Of a DNA stretch of 64,000 nucleotides, positions 8,742-18,382 are shown in pieces. The notes beneath the pieces are model-generated. The model was given only the letters and a program-made list of their open reading frames with translations. It was not told where the DNA came from and made no database searches. Source of the stretch: an uncultured virus (IMG/VR IMGVR_UViG_3300021378_001157) (lineage: Duplodnaviria; Heunggongvirae; Uroviricota; Caudoviricetes); IMG/VR virus record IMGVR_UViG_3300021378_001157; one strand, written 5' to 3'. The first letter of the stretch is position 1; each line of letters begins with the position of its first letter. A program made the position numbers and the translations under genes.

Positions 8742-8900
8742 TTAACTGGCTTGCTGCATAAATCGAATTGTTTCTGTTATATAATCTGCTTTCTTTTGCA
8801 TCTTATATGCCAAATCTGATTTACCTTTCTTTAATAATCTCTTCTGATAGTATAATGTCTCACGTTTATCACGCTTTAGACGTTCAATTTCTTTACTCAT
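8742..8900 (-). CDS. small basic hypothetical protein
   Basis: AAGGAG SD precedes MSKEIERLKRDK. Confidence 0.6.
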   Translation of the reverse strand: MSKEIERLKRDKRETLYYQKRLLKKGKSDLAYKMQKKADYITETIRFMQQAS

Positions 8901-8949
8901 AAACAGCTCCTTAAAATAAGTTGAAATTAAAACCATCATATAAATCACT

Positions 8950-9375
8950 CTACTTCGTTATCAAACCAGGAAATGCATCCTGACAAAGCTTCTTAGTGAT
9001 GCCAGTAAACTTCATCTTCTTGTCTTTCGCCAATACTAGCATTTCAGCCTCTGAAGCATGTAAGGACTCCAATAGCTGAATAAACATTGTTTCTCTTTTA
9101 ATAGGGTTGACTGCACGTCCAGTTGGGCCGTTAAAGAAAAATTTAAACTTAGTATATCTTTTATCTAATCTGGAAATGTTTTTACCCATAGGAGCATCGT
9201 CAGGCTCATAAGGTGGTGGGCCTTTGGGTAAGAGACAAGTAATTGTCTCGTCATAGTTAATTCTAATTAAGTCCTTCATTGCTGGACTTTGATTTGCTCT
9301 TAGATAAGCAACTCTTTCTTTTTTAGTTTTTAATTTACTTGCTTCAGTAAATATCTCACTTAGTAATCTTTTCAT
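8950..9375 (-). CDS. conserved hypothetical protein commonly downstream of rnh in T4-like phages
   Basis: LPKGPPPY...KRETMFIQLLESLH..EAE.L...KDK. Confidence 0.7.
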   Translation of the reverse strand: MKRLLSEIFTEASKLKTKKERVAYLRANQSPAMKDLIRINYDETITCLLPKGPPPYEPDDAPMGKNISRLDKRYTKFKFFFNGPTGRAVNPIKRETMFIQLLESLHASEAEMLVLAKDKKMKFTGITKKLCQDAFPGLITK

Positions 9376-10231
9376 TGTTGTAAAATTCCTCCACTACTTC
9401 AATCAATAATTTGCATCTTTTCTTAATAAGATAATTCAGAACTTTCATCCTCATAGGAAGTTTCTGTTCGTTATAGTTATTTATAATACTTTCTTGAATG
9501 TCCTCAGGGATTTCAGTTAAGTCTATAAGTTTTTTATTTCTTTGATAATTTCTAAATAACTCTTCTGGCATAATTCTTCTTAGGTCTTCTGCATTATTTA
9601 TCCATTCATCAATTCTAGTTTGTCTTAGTGGTGTTTGTTTTGCACCTTCCGTAATAAAGGTATCATCATTAGATAATACATTTGGAATTCCATCACCACC
9701 ATCGCCTCTAAAGATATGATTCCAAAGATATGTTACTGGATTTTCATCTAATACTTGTTTCTTTTGAATAGGTGAGAATTGTTTAACATTCTTATATCTC
9801 TGTAGTTGAATAAAGTCTTTATCTGATGAAACAATCATTACTGGTTCATGTTGACCAAACTCTTGGGTTTGCATGGCAAGAGTACCGATGATATCATCTG
9901 CCTCACAACCTTCCATATGTAATACTTTATAAGGTAAGTTCTCAGCAATCTCTTCTCTTACTAGATTAAGTATTCTAAAGATTTCATTCCAATCAGTGCC
10001 CGTATCTTCACTACGACCCTTTCTACGATTTGCCTTATACTCTGGAAAGTACTTTCTTCGCCAAGTATTCATGCCGTCAGCACAGATTACCATCTGTCCG
10101 TATTCATCACGGTATCTTTTATTATACATTCTAATACTGTTCAGTATCATATGCCTTATCATATCTTCATCATTTAATTTTTGCACTATGATGTTTGATA
10201 GTGCGATCTGACTATAATCAAGTAGTATCAT
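9356..10231 (-). CDS. rnh: T4 RNase H / 5'-3' flap exonuclease
   Basis: WRR..FPEYKANR, EADDIIG, SSDKDFIQLQ, GDGGDGIPN; start set at MILLDYSQ. Confidence 0.93.
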   Translation of the reverse strand: MILLDYSQIALSNIIVQKLNDEDMIRHMILNSIRMYNKRYRDEYGQMVICADGMNTWRRKYFPEYKANRRKGRSEDTGTDWNEIFRILNLVREEIAENLPYKVLHMEGCEADDIIGTLAMQTQEFGQHEPVMIVSSDKDFIQLQRYKNVKQFSPIQKKQVLDENPVTYLWNHIFRGDGGDGIPNVLSNDDTFITEGAKQTPLRQTRIDEWINNAEDLRRIMPEELFRNYQRNKKLIDLTEIPEDIQESIINNYNEQKLPMRMKVLNYLIKKRCKLLIEVVEEFYNNEKITK

Positions 10232-10589
10232 TATCTGGTTCTTCTTCCTTAGGCGACGATTGTGCCTGTTGCATTTTTTTAATTTTAATATAGAGTTTAT
10301 CCATATCTTTCTGTAAACTATGGGGTAAGTCAATGTATCTAAGTAGCATTGCATAAATCATATTTGCAATTACAAATGCATCTCTACTTTCACAATATTG
10401 TTCATCACGAATATCAAAGCCTTCTAACCAGCCTAAGTCCATATCTGATACTTCATATTCTATCATGTTTAATAAGTGCTGAGATATTTCCATAGATTCT
10501 TGTGTGATAGTATCAATCACTGATGGATGACTACCATCTGAGTCTATTGTTATTTCTTTTCCTGTCGGAAACTGTATTAACTTTCCCAT
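10218..10589 (-). CDS. hypothetical protein
   Basis: MGKLIQFP N-terminus; immediately after an early promoter. Confidence 0.65.
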   Translation of the reverse strand: MGKLIQFPTGKEITIDSDGSHPSVIDTITQESMEISQHLLNMIEYEVSDMDLGWLEGFDIRDEQYCESRDAFVIANMIYAMLLRYIDLPHSLQKDMDKLYIKIKKMQQAQSSPKEEEPDNDTT

Positions 10590-10598
10590 AATATGTAT

Positions 10599-10627
10599 AT
10601 TATACTACAAATCCCTCCGCTTGTAAA
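10599..10627 (-). promoter_or_regulatory. early promoter
   Basis: TTTACA-N17-TATAAT. Confidence 0.8.
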
Positions 10628-10634
10628 GTGTTTT

Positions 10635-11060
10635 TTATAAGTTTTTTACTGCATTTCCGCCTAGTCTTATCTGAATGATACCATTATAATAGTCATCAGT
10701 TAGTAAAACATCTCGGTCAAATTGTTCTTTGGCTTCTAAATATGCACATTCACCCTTGGTCTTACATAGATGTAATATCTCTCTGGTAAAATTATCTTCA
10801 CCATATTTATCAATGTCTTCCTGTAAGTGCTTACTAGAGCCCCAGTATTTTCTCCAATCAGATTCAACAAGAAGTCTTTTACGGCGCTTTCTTGTTTTTG
10901 TTATTGGTAGAGTTTTCTTGCTCCAAAAGAATTTCTTTCCAACGTATTTCTGATTGGTTGTTTTGTTCGTTATCAGATAAACAAAACCGTACGCGTCTTC
11001 GTGACTGAAGTCCTCTGGAATTTGCCATTCTTTGTCTTGATAGTGCCATACTGTACTCAT
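10635..11060 (-). CDS. stand-alone GIY-YIG nuclease
   Basis: GFVYLITN...KYVGKK, Y.GSS, F.REIL, E...Q, YYN. Confidence 0.8.
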   Translation of the reverse strand: MSTVWHYQDKEWQIPEDFSHEDAYGFVYLITNKTTNQKYVGKKFFWSKKTLPITKTRKRRKRLLVESDWRKYWGSSKHLQEDIDKYGEDNFTREILHLCKTKGECAYLEAKEQFDRDVLLTDDYYNGIIQIRLGGNAVKNL

Positions 11061-11068
11061 ACTCTTAT

Positions 11069-11239
11069 TTAGTAGTTAAAATTTAGTTCTGTAGTTTCTT
11101 CTTCTTCGGTCGCTGTACCACATACTGGGCAAAAGACCGGCTTAGGTTTATCTTCACCTAAGAAATGAATTTGAGTTTTTGCATAACACATCTCGCAGTT
11201 GTGAGTATACCAATGGGTAGGTTCGTGTGGATTATGCAT
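11069..11239 (-). CDS. small zinc-ribbon protein (56 aa)
   Basis: Hand-translated MHNPHEPTHWYTHNCEMC...FCPVCG...; two CxxC pairs. Confidence 0.65.
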   Translation of the reverse strand: MHNPHEPTHWYTHNCEMCYAKTQIHFLGEDKPKPVFCPVCGTATEEEETTELNFNY

Positions 11240-11462
11240 GATTGGATACCCATTCTTTTAGTTCTTGAAATCCTCCAATATTCTCTTCTTGTATTCTAAT
11301 CTGTGGAAAGGTTCTTGCAGTAGGAAAAGTTTCAAATAACTCGTCTCTAGTAAACTCCTTTCCTAGTGATTTATATACATAATCTAGTTTGTGTTCTGCT
11401 ACTAAGTTTACTGCCATTACACAGTACGGGCAACTTTCCTTGCCCCATATTTCTATATTCAA
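11232..11462 (-). CDS. nrdC: glutaredoxin (NrdC-like)
   Basis: CPYC, RTFPQI, IGGF; probable TTG start at LNIEIWG. Confidence 0.88.
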   Translation of the reverse strand: MNIEIWGKESCPYCVMAVNLVAEHKLDYVYKSLGKEFTRDELFETFPTARTFPQIRIQEENIGGFQELKEWVSNHA

Positions 11463-11653
11463 TTTACTACTCCATTTATTACCCAAAATGATAACAACAT
11501 AAAACCAAACACTGCAACCTGTATAATTGCGGCCCAGAATATTTGTTTCATTGGGTGTACTTCTGTTAATTTTTCTATCCAAGATTCACTTGGAGAAAGG
11601 TTTACAACCTGTAATACTTTTTCAGGTTTTGTAAACCATGGGATATGTATCAT
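11459..11653 (-). CDS. small membrane protein
   Basis: C-terminal hydrophobic helix. Confidence 0.6.
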   Translation of the reverse strand: MIHIPWFTKPEKVLQVVNLSPSESWIEKLTEVHPMKQIFWAAIIQVAVFGFMLLSFWVINGVVN

Positions 11654-12723
11654 AAACTCATTCCTGATAATGTTGTTGAGTCAACATCTTGTTTCACCCC
11701 ACCTGTTACATAAGAAGTAATTTCAGTTTCTTGTGGTGCCACTTGGACATTACCACCACCAATCCATTTCTCTGTCCATGGTAAGGGATTCATTTTACTT
11801 ACTGTATAAGGACATGGCAAACTTAGAGCCCTCATCCTTTTACAACCTATCCATTCTATATAGTCTTTTAGAATACTCGTGTTAAGGCCAATCATAGAAC
11901 CGTCTTTAAAGAGATAGTCTGCCCAGGCTTTTTCTTGTTCTATAACTGATTCAAAGAGTTTAACTGCATCTGGTTCCATTTCTTTTGCAATCTTTACAAA
12001 GTCTTTATCTTCTTTTACTAGATTTTTTAAGATAGTTGTGGTAGATGCTAGATGGACGTTTTCATCACGAGCAATAAATTTAATAATCTTTGCATTACCT
12101 TCCATCTTTTTAAGTTCTGCAAATGCCCAACTACATGCAAATGATACATAAAACCTAATACCCTCTAAAGCATTGGCACTTAACATGGCCATATAGAGAG
12201 AGCGCTTATGGTCCATCTTGTTAGTAGGGCCATGATTTGCATCTATTAAGTCATCATAGTATTTTGCAATATCTTTACCACAATCAAGTATTTCTTTTAC
12301 ATCTAATAAACCATCGAATACAATAGAAGGATTACTATAGACATTTCTAATAATATGAGTATAGCTTCTACTGTGGATAGTCTCAAAGAAAGACCAGGTT
12401 TCAATCCAGTTTTCAACTTCTGGTAACGAAGCGATAGGTAAGAAAGCCATATTAGGAGCTCTACCCTGAACAGAATCAAGTAGAATTTGCCTTTTAAGGT
12501 TAGATGTGAAAATATGTTGTTCATGTTCTGTAAGTCCTTCAAAGTCTTTTTTATCTTTTGAAATATCTACCTCTTCGGGTCTCCAAAAGAATCCAAGTTG
12601 TTTTTCTGTAATCTTATCTAGTTGAGGATATTTTAATATATCGAATCTTTGCACGTCTACTGCTTCATCTAAAAACATATTCTTATCCAAGTGGGATTTT
12701 CTATTCTTCTTCAATACTGCCAT
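11650..12723 (-). CDS. nrdB: ribonucleotide reductase class Ia beta subunit
   Basis: FFWRPEE, LDSVQGR, ETIHSRSY, LEGIRFYVSF, RDENVH, VAPQETEI. Confidence 0.97.
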   Translation of the reverse strand: MAVLKKNRKSHLDKNMFLDEAVDVQRFDILKYPQLDKITEKQLGFFWRPEEVDISKDKKDFEGLTEHEQHIFTSNLKRQILLDSVQGRAPNMAFLPIASLPEVENWIETWSFFETIHSRSYTHIIRNVYSNPSIVFDGLLDVKEILDCGKDIAKYYDDLIDANHGPTNKMDHKRSLYMAMLSANALEGIRFYVSFACSWAFAELKKMEGNAKIIKFIARDENVHLASTTTILKNLVKEDKDFVKIAKEMEPDAVKLFESVIEQEKAWADYLFKDGSMIGLNTSILKDYIEWIGCKRMRALSLPCPYTVSKMNPLPWTEKWIGGGNVQVAPQETEITSYVTGGVKQDVDSTTLSGMSL

Positions 12724-12874
12724 TCACTTTTCCTTTTTTTCTAAATCTTTTATTATAACCTTTTTTAATGCTCTTAGTAACACCCGGCTTTGTTAAATAA
12801 CAATACCATTTACGAGCACTAGTTAAAGCATCCCATTCAGCACCACCCTTTAAGGGTATTCTTTCTTTCTTCAT
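12701..12874 (-). CDS. small basic hypothetical protein between nrdA and nrdB (57 aa)
   Basis: Hand-translated MKKERIPLKGGAEWDALTSARKWYCYL...; ATGA overlap with the nrdA stop. Confidence 0.6.
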   Translation of the reverse strand: MKKERIPLKGGAEWDALTSARKWYCYLTKPGVTKSIKKGYNKRFRKKGKVNGSIEEE

Positions 12875-15171
12875 ATCTTACAACTATCACAATCATCTTC
12901 ATCAATAATTGTCTGTTCTAGTTCTGGTAAATCTTCTTTCATTTCTCCAGCTCCATCATAGGTGTTAAAATAATAAAGTTGTTTTAATCCATACTTATAT
13001 GAGGTTACTAAATCTTGTAGCATAACAGACATAGGTATTTTATTATCCTCATAGTGTTCTGGATTATAAGAAGTGTTAACACTAATACCTTGGTCAACAT
13101 ACTTCTGTAAGATAGCACATATCTTTAGATAACCATCTGGAGATTCTTGTTCCCAGAGTAGGTCATATTTATTTCTAAGGTAATGATACCCTGGAACTAC
13201 TTGTGCCAGAACACCATCCTTAGACTGTTTATATGATACTAAAGCACGTGGTGGTTCAATACCATTAGTACTATTAGAGATTTGTGCAGATGTTTCAGCG
13301 GGCATTAATGCCATTAGAGTACTGTTTCGAATCCCTGTGGTTTTGAGTTGAGTTCTCAGCTCGTCCCAAGGTAGTCTTTCTTTATGCTCTATTAAATTAT
13401 CTACTGCACTCTTATATGTAGTATTTGGCGTATCTCCAAACGCGTATTTTGTCTGATTATTTAAAGGTATTTTGCCTTTTTCTTCAGCTAAGTTTGCAGA
13501 TGACTTAATAAGATAGTAACTCCATGCTTCTGCATATTCATCTACTACTTTGAATGCACTTTCATCATATTTAAGTCCTCTTTTAGCCAAGAAGTATGCT
13601 AGATTAATAATACCAACACCCAATGGTCTACGATTCATTGTAGATATCTGTGCGGCAGGTATAGGATAATCTTGGTAATCAAGTAACTCATCAAGAGCTC
13701 TTACAGATAAATCACAATACTTTTCAAATTCAGATGGTTCATTTATTAAACCCCAATTAATTGCACTGAGTGTACATAAAGATATTTCGCCCTCTGGGTC
13801 ATTAACATCATTTAAAGCTTTAGTAGGTAAGTTAATCTCACAGCATAGATTAGATTGTTTGATAGGAGCTTCTTCTGCAATAAAAGAACCATGGTCATTT
13901 GCATGGTCAACATTCATTACATATATTCTACCAGTATCTTTTCTTTCTGTAAGTAATTTCTGGAATACTTCTAATGCAGGTATAGTTCTTTTTCTAATGG
14001 AATATGCTCTTTCATACTTCTCATAGAGTTCTTTAAATTTGTCTTGGTCATCAAAGAATGCTTCGTATAACCCTGGCACGTCATTAGGGTCGAATAGCGT
14101 GATGTTCCCACCTGATAGTAGTCTTTCATACATTAACTTGTTAAGTTGGAATGCATAGTCCATGTGACGGACTCTATTCTCTTCAGTACCTTTATTATTC
14201 TTTAATACTACTAGGTCTTCAAACTCATAATGCCATATAGGTAGATAGACTGTAGCCGCCCCACCTCTAACTCCACCTTGGCTACAAGACTTAACTGCAG
14301 ACTGAAAGTACTTTAAGAATGGTATAAGTCCTGTATGTACTACTGACCCGTCACCAACTCTTGCACCTTCTGCTCTTATCTGCCCTGCATTGATTCCGAT
14401 ACCTGCTTTCTTACTTATATACCTTACAATAGAAGAGGCGGTAGAATTAATAGAATCAAGACTATCATCAGATTCAATAAGCACACAGGAGGAAAACTGC
14501 CTAGTCGGTGTACGAACTCCAGCCATGATTGGAGTAGGTAACGATATATAGAATTGAGAAATTGCATCATAATATTCCTTTACATACTTTATACGGATTT
14601 GTGTTGGGTAATTACTAAAGAGTGTTGCCGATACCATCATATATAACATCTGAGGTGTCTCGTAATGTTCTTTAGTCTTTCTATCTTGTACTAGATACTT
14701 ACCTCTAAATTGTTCCATACCAGCATATGTAAATGTATCATCACGTTCATGCTTAATATAAGAACCCAATTCACCTAGCTCCTCATCGGTATATTTTTCT
14801 AATATACCACTATCATAAACTCCACTTGATACATTATATGCAATTAGTTTTTTAAGAGTCCAAGGTTCATAATCTCCATAAACTTCTTTTCTTAACTTAT
14901 AAGAGATAAGTCTTGCAGCAACGTATTGATAGTTGGGTGTGTTTTCTGAAATGAGTTCTGACGCTGACTTAATAAGTAGCTCATGAATATCATATGCTGG
15001 AATCTTATCATAGAGTTGAATATTAGATTTTAATTCTATCTCAGACATAGACACACCGGTAAGACCAGCAGTTGCCCATTCTAATACTTTATGTACTTTA
15101 TCTAAATCAAATTCTTGGCTGTCGCCGTTTCTTTTTGTAACCTTTATGGTCATAGTGTTAGTGCCTATCAT
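12871..15171 (-). CDS. nrdA: ribonucleotide reductase class Ia alpha subunit
   Basis: ATP cone VTKRNG, PTPIMAG, FSSC, SNLCCEI, MPAETS, C-terminal CDSC. Confidence 0.97.
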   Translation of the reverse strand: MIGTNTMTIKVTKRNGDSQEFDLDKVHKVLEWATAGLTGVSMSEIELKSNIQLYDKIPAYDIHELLIKSASELISENTPNYQYVAARLISYKLRKEVYGDYEPWTLKKLIAYNVSSGVYDSGILEKYTDEELGELGSYIKHERDDTFTYAGMEQFRGKYLVQDRKTKEHYETPQMLYMMVSATLFSNYPTQIRIKYVKEYYDAISQFYISLPTPIMAGVRTPTRQFSSCVLIESDDSLDSINSTASSIVRYISKKAGIGINAGQIRAEGARVGDGSVVHTGLIPFLKYFQSAVKSCSQGGVRGGAATVYLPIWHYEFEDLVVLKNNKGTEENRVRHMDYAFQLNKLMYERLLSGGNITLFDPNDVPGLYEAFFDDQDKFKELYEKYERAYSIRKRTIPALEVFQKLLTERKDTGRIYVMNVDHANDHGSFIAEEAPIKQSNLCCEINLPTKALNDVNDPEGEISLCTLSAINWGLINEPSEFEKYCDLSVRALDELLDYQDYPIPAAQISTMNRRPLGVGIINLAYFLAKRGLKYDESAFKVVDEYAEAWSYYLIKSSANLAEEKGKIPLNNQTKYAFGDTPNTTYKSAVDNLIEHKERLPWDELRTQLKTTGIRNSTLMALMPAETSAQISNSTNGIEPPRALVSYKQSKDGVLAQVVPGYHYLRNKYDLLWEQESPDGYLKICAILQKYVDQGISVNTSYNPEHYEDNKIPMSVMLQDLVTSYKYGLKQLYYFNTYDGAGEMKEDLPELEQTIIDEDDCDSCKI

Positions 15172-15197
15172 TATATTTCTCGGTTTTAATAGTATAT

Positions 15198-15226
15198 ATT
15201 ATACTACACTTTACGTGCAATGTAAA
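15198..15226 (-). promoter_or_regulatory. early promoter of nrdA
   Basis: TTTACA-N17-TATAAT. Confidence 0.8.
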
Positions 15227-15229
15227 TAG

Positions 15230-15547
15230 TTATTTACTATTTTTTTCTAATTTCTCTATCCTTTTCATAAGCTTTGGGTAAGCTTCGAATTCATGTAACT
15301 CTTTACATGGATGAGAATTGGCCTCAAGGGCATCTAACCTCTCTGCGGCGAGAGGGTATTGTTTTCTGAACTTGGCGTCTTTCTTTATTAGTTCAAGTTC
15401 ATATTTATCGGCAAAATATTCCATAAATCTATCTACTTGCTTTTGGAACCAGATACCAACTGTAGTATCTTGGAACCACTTATAGAAAGAACTACCAATA
15501 ATTGATGATAATATAGATTTAAGTGTAAGGATTATTAGCCAATGCAT
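15230..15547 (-). CDS. hypothetical protein with N-terminal hydrophobic segment
   Basis: Hydrophobic first ~20 residues; last gene of the spanin/lipase block. Confidence 0.6.
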   Translation of the reverse strand: MHWLIILTLKSILSSIIGSSFYKWFQDTTVGIWFQKQVDRFMEYFADKYELELIKKDAKFRKQYPLAAERLDALEANSHPCKELHEFEAYPKLMKRIEKLEKNSK

Positions 15548-15549
15548 GA

Positions 15550-16308
15550 TTACTTCTCCTTAGTACTTAATCTTTTAATTGCCTTAACATAGTTAGGCAT
15601 TCCATGGTCTACAACTCCGTCAAAGAATTTAAACCTTTTCCATGAATTAAAGATACCATAGAACATATCACTCCAAGTTGGTTTAAGTTGCTTATCACCA
15701 TTTCTATTAAAGTAAATCATTTGACCATGGTGTCTAAATCCTAGCCATGCTGGTGGGATTCTACATACTATATCATTATTATTCATAAATCTATAGTGAT
15801 CACATTTTACATTTTTAATAAATCGCTTACCTCCAACTCTTGGTGAGCCGAATGTGAAAAGTTCATGTGGTTGATAGCGGGTAGCACTAATTGTAGCCAT
15901 AGCAGCACCTAATGAATGACCAGTATAATATACATCTTTTCTTACCTTTAGTTGGTCATTATGCTCTAGTTCTTTTACGATTTCCATCCATAAATCATCT
16001 ACTTCTTGTTGGAACCCACCATGTACTTTACCACCTGCCATTGCAGAATTCTTAAATACTTTTAAGTCTGCCATAACATCATTCAGTTTACTTGGTTCAG
16101 TTCCTCTAAATGCAAACCATAAATCATTTCTATCTTTAGCAATAAGTACTTCTGCACCATCCTTAGATATTAATTTAACCCATGCAAAGCCTAATTTCTT
16201 TGCTGCTGTTATAGCAGGTTTTTCGTTCATATATGCAATTGCGGATAACTTAGCGGCTATTACTGCCCTATCCCATTTACTCCCTTCTTTCATTCTAGTC
16301 GTTGCCAT
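15550..16308 (-). CDS. class 3 lipase (alpha/beta hydrolase)
   Basis: AFRGT, VHGGF, GHSLG, TFGSPRVG, NNDIVCRIPP, DH. Confidence 0.92.
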   Translation of the reverse strand: MATTRMKEGSKWDRAVIAAKLSAIAYMNEKPAITAAKKLGFAWVKLISKDGAEVLIAKDRNDLWFAFRGTEPSKLNDVMADLKVFKNSAMAGGKVHGGFQQEVDDLWMEIVKELEHNDQLKVRKDVYYTGHSLGAAMATISATRYQPHELFTFGSPRVGGKRFIKNVKCDHYRFMNNNDIVCRIPPAWLGFRHHGQMIYFNRNGDKQLKPTWSDMFYGIFNSWKRFKFFDGVVDHGMPNYVKAIKRLSTKEK

Positions 16309-16795
16309 TTTCATTCTCCACTTTAATTTCAACTGCTCCAGCGTCTTCATCATTTATCGTTACATTCCTATAGTAAACTATCACCTCGCCGAGCTGATTA
16401 ATATATCTTTTAATTTCCTGAGTATTATAAGACATAAGCTCATAATCATCAACCGTCATGGCAACAAAAACAATATCACCACCATGTTTCTTTTTAATAT
16501 CATCTATAAACCTATCGAGATATGTATACCCTTCAGGATATAAATCTTCTCTACCTAACTTACAGTCGGCCTTTTTGGTTTCTGGATTCTTTAAACAGTT
16601 TTCAATGATAACAGTATCTGATACTACATACCATTTAGGTTCTTTTAAATCTATTGCTCTAGGCATTACTGGCTGAACAATATCTATCTTAACGGGTTTT
16701 GTAATTATTTCAACTTCCCTTGGGGCTTGTTGAAGTAGTGAACAACCACTAATCGTTAAGAGTGCTAATACGCTGACTATCTGCTTCAATCGCAT
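16295..16795 (-). CDS. outer-membrane lipoprotein, o-spanin (Rz1)-like
   Basis: Lipobox LTISGC, Pro-rich segment; overlaps the 3' end of the i-spanin candidate. Confidence 0.7.
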   Translation of the reverse strand: MRLKQIVSVLALLTISGCSLLQQAPREVEIITKPVKIDIVQPVMPRAIDLKEPKWYVVSDTVIIENCLKNPETKKADCKLGREDLYPEGYTYLDRFIDDIKKKHGGDIVFVAMTVDDYELMSYNTQEIKRYINQLGEVIVYYRNVTINDEDAGAVEIKVENENGND

Positions 16796-17141
16796 CGAAT
16801 GCCTCCTTTGTTCTAGTGTTTGCTCTAAGTTCTATTAGGCCAGGTTTTGCACTTGCCAACTTAGTTAAGTTATGGCGTCTGAATATATCTAAGTATTCGG
16901 CCATCTCTGCTTCTATATTTTGATTCTTTACTTGTAACCCAGAAAGGGCTTCAGTTGTTTTTGTGAGGTTATTCTGAATAGATTCAATAGTTGCTTTCTG
17001 TTCTTGGTCTCTTAGGTCTTGTGCTAAGATAACTTTTGTCTGTTCCTCAATTTTATTTTTCATAGGAACTACTGATAAATTATAATATAAGGTACATGAT
17101 AAACCCATAGCAAATATAATTCCCAACCAAATTTTTGTCAT
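16749..17141 (-). CDS. i-spanin (Rz)-like membrane-anchored coiled-coil protein
   Basis: N-terminal TM followed by coiled coil and AKPGLIE. Confidence 0.7.
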   Translation of the reverse strand: MTKIWLGIIFAMGLSCTLYYNLSVVPMKNKIEEQTKVILAQDLRDQEQKATIESIQNNLTKTTEALSGLQVKNQNIEAEMAEYLDIFRRHNLTKLASAKPGLIELRANTRTKEAFDAIEADSQRISTLND

Positions 17142-17158
17142 AATATTATTCTCTCTTC

Positions 17159-17404
17159 TTACTTAGGTGTTATAGACTGTAGGTGAAGCTTCTGTGCCTT
17201 TAATTCTTTTTTGGCTTCATTAGCTTTACGTCTGGCTAGCATTCTTTCTACAAACTTTCTACCTTCTTTAGTACGACCATCGTACACTTTCTTTTTATGT
17301 TTCTTAACTTGTGCGGGAGTTAGTGCATCTGATGGCATAGAAACTCCACCACCTGCAACTGAATTGGCTGCTGCATCTTCCCAAATATCTTTAAATGATT
17401 TCAT
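17159..17404 (-). CDS. putative internal head protein
   Basis: N-terminus MKSFKDIWEDAA resembles the T4 capsid-targeting sequence; DGRTK motif. Confidence 0.6.
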   Translation of the reverse strand: MKSFKDIWEDAAANSVAGGGVSMPSDALTPAQVKKHKKKVYDGRTKEGRKFVERMLARRKANEAKKELKAQKLHLQSITPK

Positions 17405-17979
17405 CTTTTTATATTCCTATTACTTATATATATCTTCTGCGCAGTTTGAACATGATGCACTTCATATATATTTTGGTTAAAGAATGAACCAATTGGGTCT
17501 AAAAATTCTGTAACCTTTACTTTAGTCTTTTCTCTGGCAATAATCTCTCCTGTAATAGGAGATGCTATATCTTCGGATAGTATGTAAACACCTGGTCTTA
17601 ATTTATTATCTTCTTGGAACCAAGTTGATTCTTCCAATATATCTTCTTCAAAATCACCAATAACTTTAGTTAGAACCTTTTTAATTGATTCTTCTGACAT
17701 ACCTGTTTCTTCTTTAATGAGGAAGAGTGCAGCTGCATAACTAGCTAGTTTACTTTTACCAAATGGTAATTTACCAAGTACTCTTTTAATATTAAATACT
17801 AATCTATGGAAAACAGTGTATGAGCTTTTCTCTTCTGGAGTTGTAGCTTTCTTGAGCTTTTTACCATTCTCATCCACTAACCCTAGTTCAAAGGCCTTAG
17901 ACTTTTCCCACGGCGTAGTTAGTAGCCTTAAAAATCTAAAGGCATATACTAAATCACCTGTTCTGGATAAAACTCCCAT
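17401..17979 (-). CDS. conserved hypothetical (likely virion-associated) protein
   Basis: RFLRLLTTPWE..AF.LG..D..G, FHRLVFNIKR. Confidence 0.65.
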   Translation of the reverse strand: MGVLSRTGDLVYAFRFLRLLTTPWEKSKAFELGLVDENGKKLKKATTPEEKSSYTVFHRLVFNIKRVLGKLPFGKSKLASYAAALFLIKEETGMSEESIKKVLTKVIGDFEEDILEESTWFQEDNKLRPGVYILSEDIASPITGEIIAREKTKVKVTEFLDPIGSFFNQNIYEVHHVQTAQKIYISNRNIKR

Positions 17980-18350
17980 TAAATTTCCCTTAATCTTTTA
18001 ATAATAAAATCGTCCATAGGTATTTCTACCCACTCATCTTCTCTCAAGTAATTTAAAAATACTAAGAATGGTTTAAGGTAGGGATAATGTTCTTCCTCTA
18101 CCTTAAATTCAATCATTCTATTTGCATTCTTTATACCAAATACATTATATAAGACTATTAAATGGTTTAAGATTAATCTTTCTTGTAAATCGTCATGCAT
18201 TTCATAACGACTTAATAGTCTTTTAATATATTTAAATCTATTTAAGTCCTCTTCAAATTCTTCTACTTCAATACATTCTGGATTGTCATAGTTATTCATT
18301 GCAAAGAGCTTAAAGTTCTTATTCGTCAGTGTGTCAAATATTTTCATCAT
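17979..18350 (-). CDS. conserved hypothetical protein of T4-like phages
   Basis: YDNPEC...EF.EDL.RFKYIKRL, RLILNH...LYNVFG. Confidence 0.7.
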   Translation of the reverse strand: MMKIFDTLTNKNFKLFAMNNYDNPECIEVEEFEEDLNRFKYIKRLLSRYEMHDDLQERLILNHLIVLYNVFGIKNANRMIEFKVEEEHYPYLKPFLVFLNYLREDEWVEIPMDDFIIKRLREI

Positions 18351-18382
18351 ATATTATATATACTACCAAAAAAGGCTAGTAG

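Noticed and set aside
10635..11060. GIY-YIG gene as a mobile homing endonuclease
   Set aside because: It is only a catalytic-size domain with no DNA-binding extension and no intron context; more likely a resident nuclease.
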